A stretch of DNA of 64,000 nt, from NCBI RefSeq assembly GCF_902713615.1, contig NC_052160.1:137372737-137436736 (forward strand). The letters run 5' to 3'. The notes beneath the pieces were generated by a model. That model was not told where the DNA came from. It worked only from the letters and a program-made list of their open reading frames with translations, and did not search any database. The stretch comes from Scyliorhinus canicula. Its lineage: Eukaryota. Position numbers and translations under genes: made by a program. Of the stretch, positions 61,160-64,000 are shown in pieces; within the stretch, counting starts at the first letter, position 1, and each line of letters opens with the position of its first letter.

Positions 61160-61796
61160 GGACGCGATTCTCCCAAAGGGAGACTGAGTGCTGACACTGG
61201 AGTGAAACCCGGATTGTTTCACTCCGGAGTCGGAGGCCGCTCCTCACCCCCTTTTCTCCCCCACCCCGGGGGACTAGGAGCGGCGTTGCGAAAAACTCAG
61301 CCGCCGGACCTTGACGCTTGCGTCAAAGCGGCGCACCGAGAATGACGCGGCCGACGACGCCTAAGTGACATCAGCCGCGCATGCGCAGGTTGGCCGGCTC
61401 CAACCCGCGGATGCGCGGTTGCCGTCTTCCCCTCCGCTACCCCGCAAGACATGGCGGCTTGATCTTGCGGGGGGGCGGAGGGGAAAGAGTGCGTCTCTTA
61501 GAGACGCCGGCCAGTCCCCTCACGAGCACGCCCGTGGTGCTCAATCCTCTCTCCGCCCCCCACAGGCCCCACACTTACCTGTTGCGTGCTGTTCACGCCG
61601 GCAGCGACCTGGTGTGGTTGCCGCCGGCGTGAACCCGTCGGGGTCATCAGGCCGCTCGGCCCATCTGGGCAAAACGCGACACGCCATTTTGGGGGGGGGG
61701 GTGGGAGAATCGCGGGAGGTCCGGGTGAATCACGCCACGCCGCCCTGGCACCCCCCGAGATTCTACCACCGGCGTGGGGAGTGGAGAATCGCGCCC
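61160..61796. mobile_element. GC-rich MITE
   Basis: TIRs GGACGCGATTCTCC and GGAGAATCGCGCCC, with a perfect TAC TSD. Confidence 0.82.
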
Positions 61797-61829
61797 TACA
61801 TATTTGGAATATTATTTAAAAAAGGGTTT

Positions 61830-63059
61830 CGGATGGAGGAGAAAGGTTAAAACTAAAGCTACTGAATTCAAGGTTGAGTCCCGAGGGCTGTAATGTGTCT
61901 AATCAGAAGATAAGATGCTGCTCCACCAGCTTGCGTTGGGCATCACCAGAGAATTGCAGCAGGCCAAGGACTGATGTGTGTGCATGAGAGCCAGGTGCTG
62001 AGTTACAATGGCAAGCGACAGGAAGGTTGGCGTCATGCTGGCAGGCTGAGCGAAGATCTCCCAATGTAGAGGAGGCGGCTTTGGGGGAAGTGACCAAATT
62101 GTAGGAAGTGCAAGTGAAATGCTGCTTAAGCGGAAAGTGAGCATTTGCATCATTGAAGGGTGAGGTCGGAGGGAGATGACAAGAGGCAGGGGAGGAGTGG
62201 ACCAAGGTGCCACGAAGGGAGCGGTCCCTGCAGATTGCTGACAGAGTGGGTGAGGGGGGATGTGTTTCGTGGCAGCAGCATTCCGGAGTTGGAGGAGATG
62301 GTGGAGGAATGATCCTGTCAATACAGAGGCTACTGGGGTAGAAAGTAAGGACAAGGAGGACCACATCATGGTTCTGGGAGGGAGGGAAAGGGCTGAGGAT
62401 AAATGTGCGGGAGATGGGTCAGGCTGGTTTGGCGGGGGACGGGGGGACGGACGTGATTAATGAGAGAGGCACCACCTCCAAAGTTGGCATCATCAGAACA
62501 GATGCAATGGAGGTGGAGAAACTGGGAGAATGGGATTGAATCCTTACAGGAAGCAGGGTGTGAGAGGCTGTAGTCGAGGCAGCTGTGGGTGGCTTGCACT
62601 GAATATTGGTGGTCAGCCTATCACCAGAAATGAAGACAGAAAGGTCAAGGGTGGGGCGGGAAGTGACGGAGGAGGACCATGAAAGGACCATGAGAGAGGG
62701 GTGGAAATTGGCAGCAAAATCAATATATTTTTCCAGGTCCAGGTGAGAGCATGAAGCAGCGCCAATGCAGTCATTGATGCAACAGAAAAGGAGTTGTGGG
62801 AGCAGGCCTGAGTAGGACTGGAACAAGAGTGTCTCACATAACCCACAGAAAGACAGACACAACTGGAACCCATAGCGACAGCTCTTATTTACAGGAAGTG
62901 AAACAAGTTAAAGGAGAAATGTTTGAGTGACAGAACAAGTTCAGCTACACGGAGGAGAGTGGTGGTGGATGGGGTTTGTCCAGGCGTCAGACACACCAGG
63001 TGGGGGATGGAGGTGTAGAGGGATTGGACATCCATTGTGAAGAGGAGGTGGGTAGGGCC
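61830..63059 (-). mobile_element. Penelope-like element remnant (RT C-terminus plus GIY-YIG region)
   Basis: Peptides CINDCIGAASCSH..FAANFHPSL, SIPFSQFL, QHFTCTSYNL and RKLVEQHLIF. Confidence 0.75.
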
Positions 63060-63990
63060 TGCTGCTCATTTTACTGCCTCCGTTTAAAGGCCGTGTGCTT
63101 AACACTACTATGGCTCTGTGTATGTAATTATGCTCAGGAGTCGCCAGGTGCCGTATTTAGACACCTCACAAGTATATCAAGGTCAGGTTCAAAGTAATAA
63201 ATCTGTACACCGATTAGTAAGTCCAAACGATTGATATTTATTATGACAAATATAATAAATACACATGCATACGCTAAAGAGACTAACTTACTTCTAATAC
63301 TAAACAACTAAAATACTTATCTAGACAGGAACAAGCAAGGTCAGGGGACAAGGCCTTCGCCCCGTTCTTGGTCTGCAACTCTCAGGTACTTAAAGTTGTC
63401 AGGATCTAGCAAGGTCTGGATCACGTAGCGATCGTTGTATTGGCACTTACAGTTCGATGGCTGATGCTCAACGGCCGGTGCTAAAACTGGAGTCAGGATG
63501 CGATGTAACAAGTCTGGGCCGGAGTCTGGAAGCAACAGACCGAACCATGTGCGGGGTCTATTCTTATAGTCCCTAGAAGTCCGTGCCCCTTCGGGGCGGG
63601 CCTTTTACCTGCCATGTATCGATTGGGCCTTTCCCAATCGATATCTTCCAAACCCCCCAATCTGAGGGTCGTTTCTCGATGGGTGGGCTGTCCCTATGGT
63701 TCTTTGTGTTGGATACAGTGGTGCCGTTCTGTCTGGGCGTCTACTCAAAAGTATCCATTCATACTTAAATGTTTCTATTGTGTGGGGTCTGGATCTGGAT
63801 CACCTCATTACTATGTAGATCTTGTTGCCATTTACACCTTTGGCTGAAACTCTGCACCTGACCACAAACTGGTTTCTGTACGTGCAGAAAGCTAATTAGT
63901 CTCCTGCAAACTGCTTGTCCTTGCTAAGACTGTTTTTCCCTGCAGCCTTAGCAGTTCTCCATTTTGTAGCCCAGTGTCCATCTTAGGGGA
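63060..63990 (-). mobile_element. LTR related to the solo LTR at 33418-34398
   Basis: Shares blocks (GTGCTTAACAC, GGAGTCGCCAG, TACACCGATTAGTAAG, CTGGTTTCTG). Begins TGCTGC; the right end is not clearly resolved. Confidence 0.7.
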
Positions 63991-64000
63991 GTGAGGATGG

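Overview
Eukaryotic, repeat-dense DNA, very probably from a shark or other cartilaginous fish. This is inferred from HE1-type SINEs sharing 3' tails with CR1 LINEs and from shark-type pIgR-like exons. The host content is a plus-strand immunoglobulin-superfamily receptor locus. It has three pIgR/CD300-type V exons (7192-7503, 7573-7878, 15486-15797), two FcRL/PECAM-like C2 exons (11347-11670, 19017-19340), a stalk exon (28263-28335) and a transmembrane exon with an intramembrane Arg (29240-29330). These join in frame as V-V-C2-V-C2-stalk-TM, produced by an internal tandem duplication with a junction at about 13481/22291. A signal-peptide exon at 53336 appears to start the next paralog. The introns contain three near-full-length antisense CR1 LINEs: one with an intact 1013-aa ORF2 and a TAATG stop-start overlap, and one with a 5' array of about 80-bp monomers. 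They also contain L1 and Penelope remnants, several Gypsy remnants (one with an apparent self-priming PBS), solo LTRs, a GC-rich MITE family with 14-bp TIRs and 3-bp TSDs, and two SINE families. All alignments and counts were done by eye; no database searches were run.
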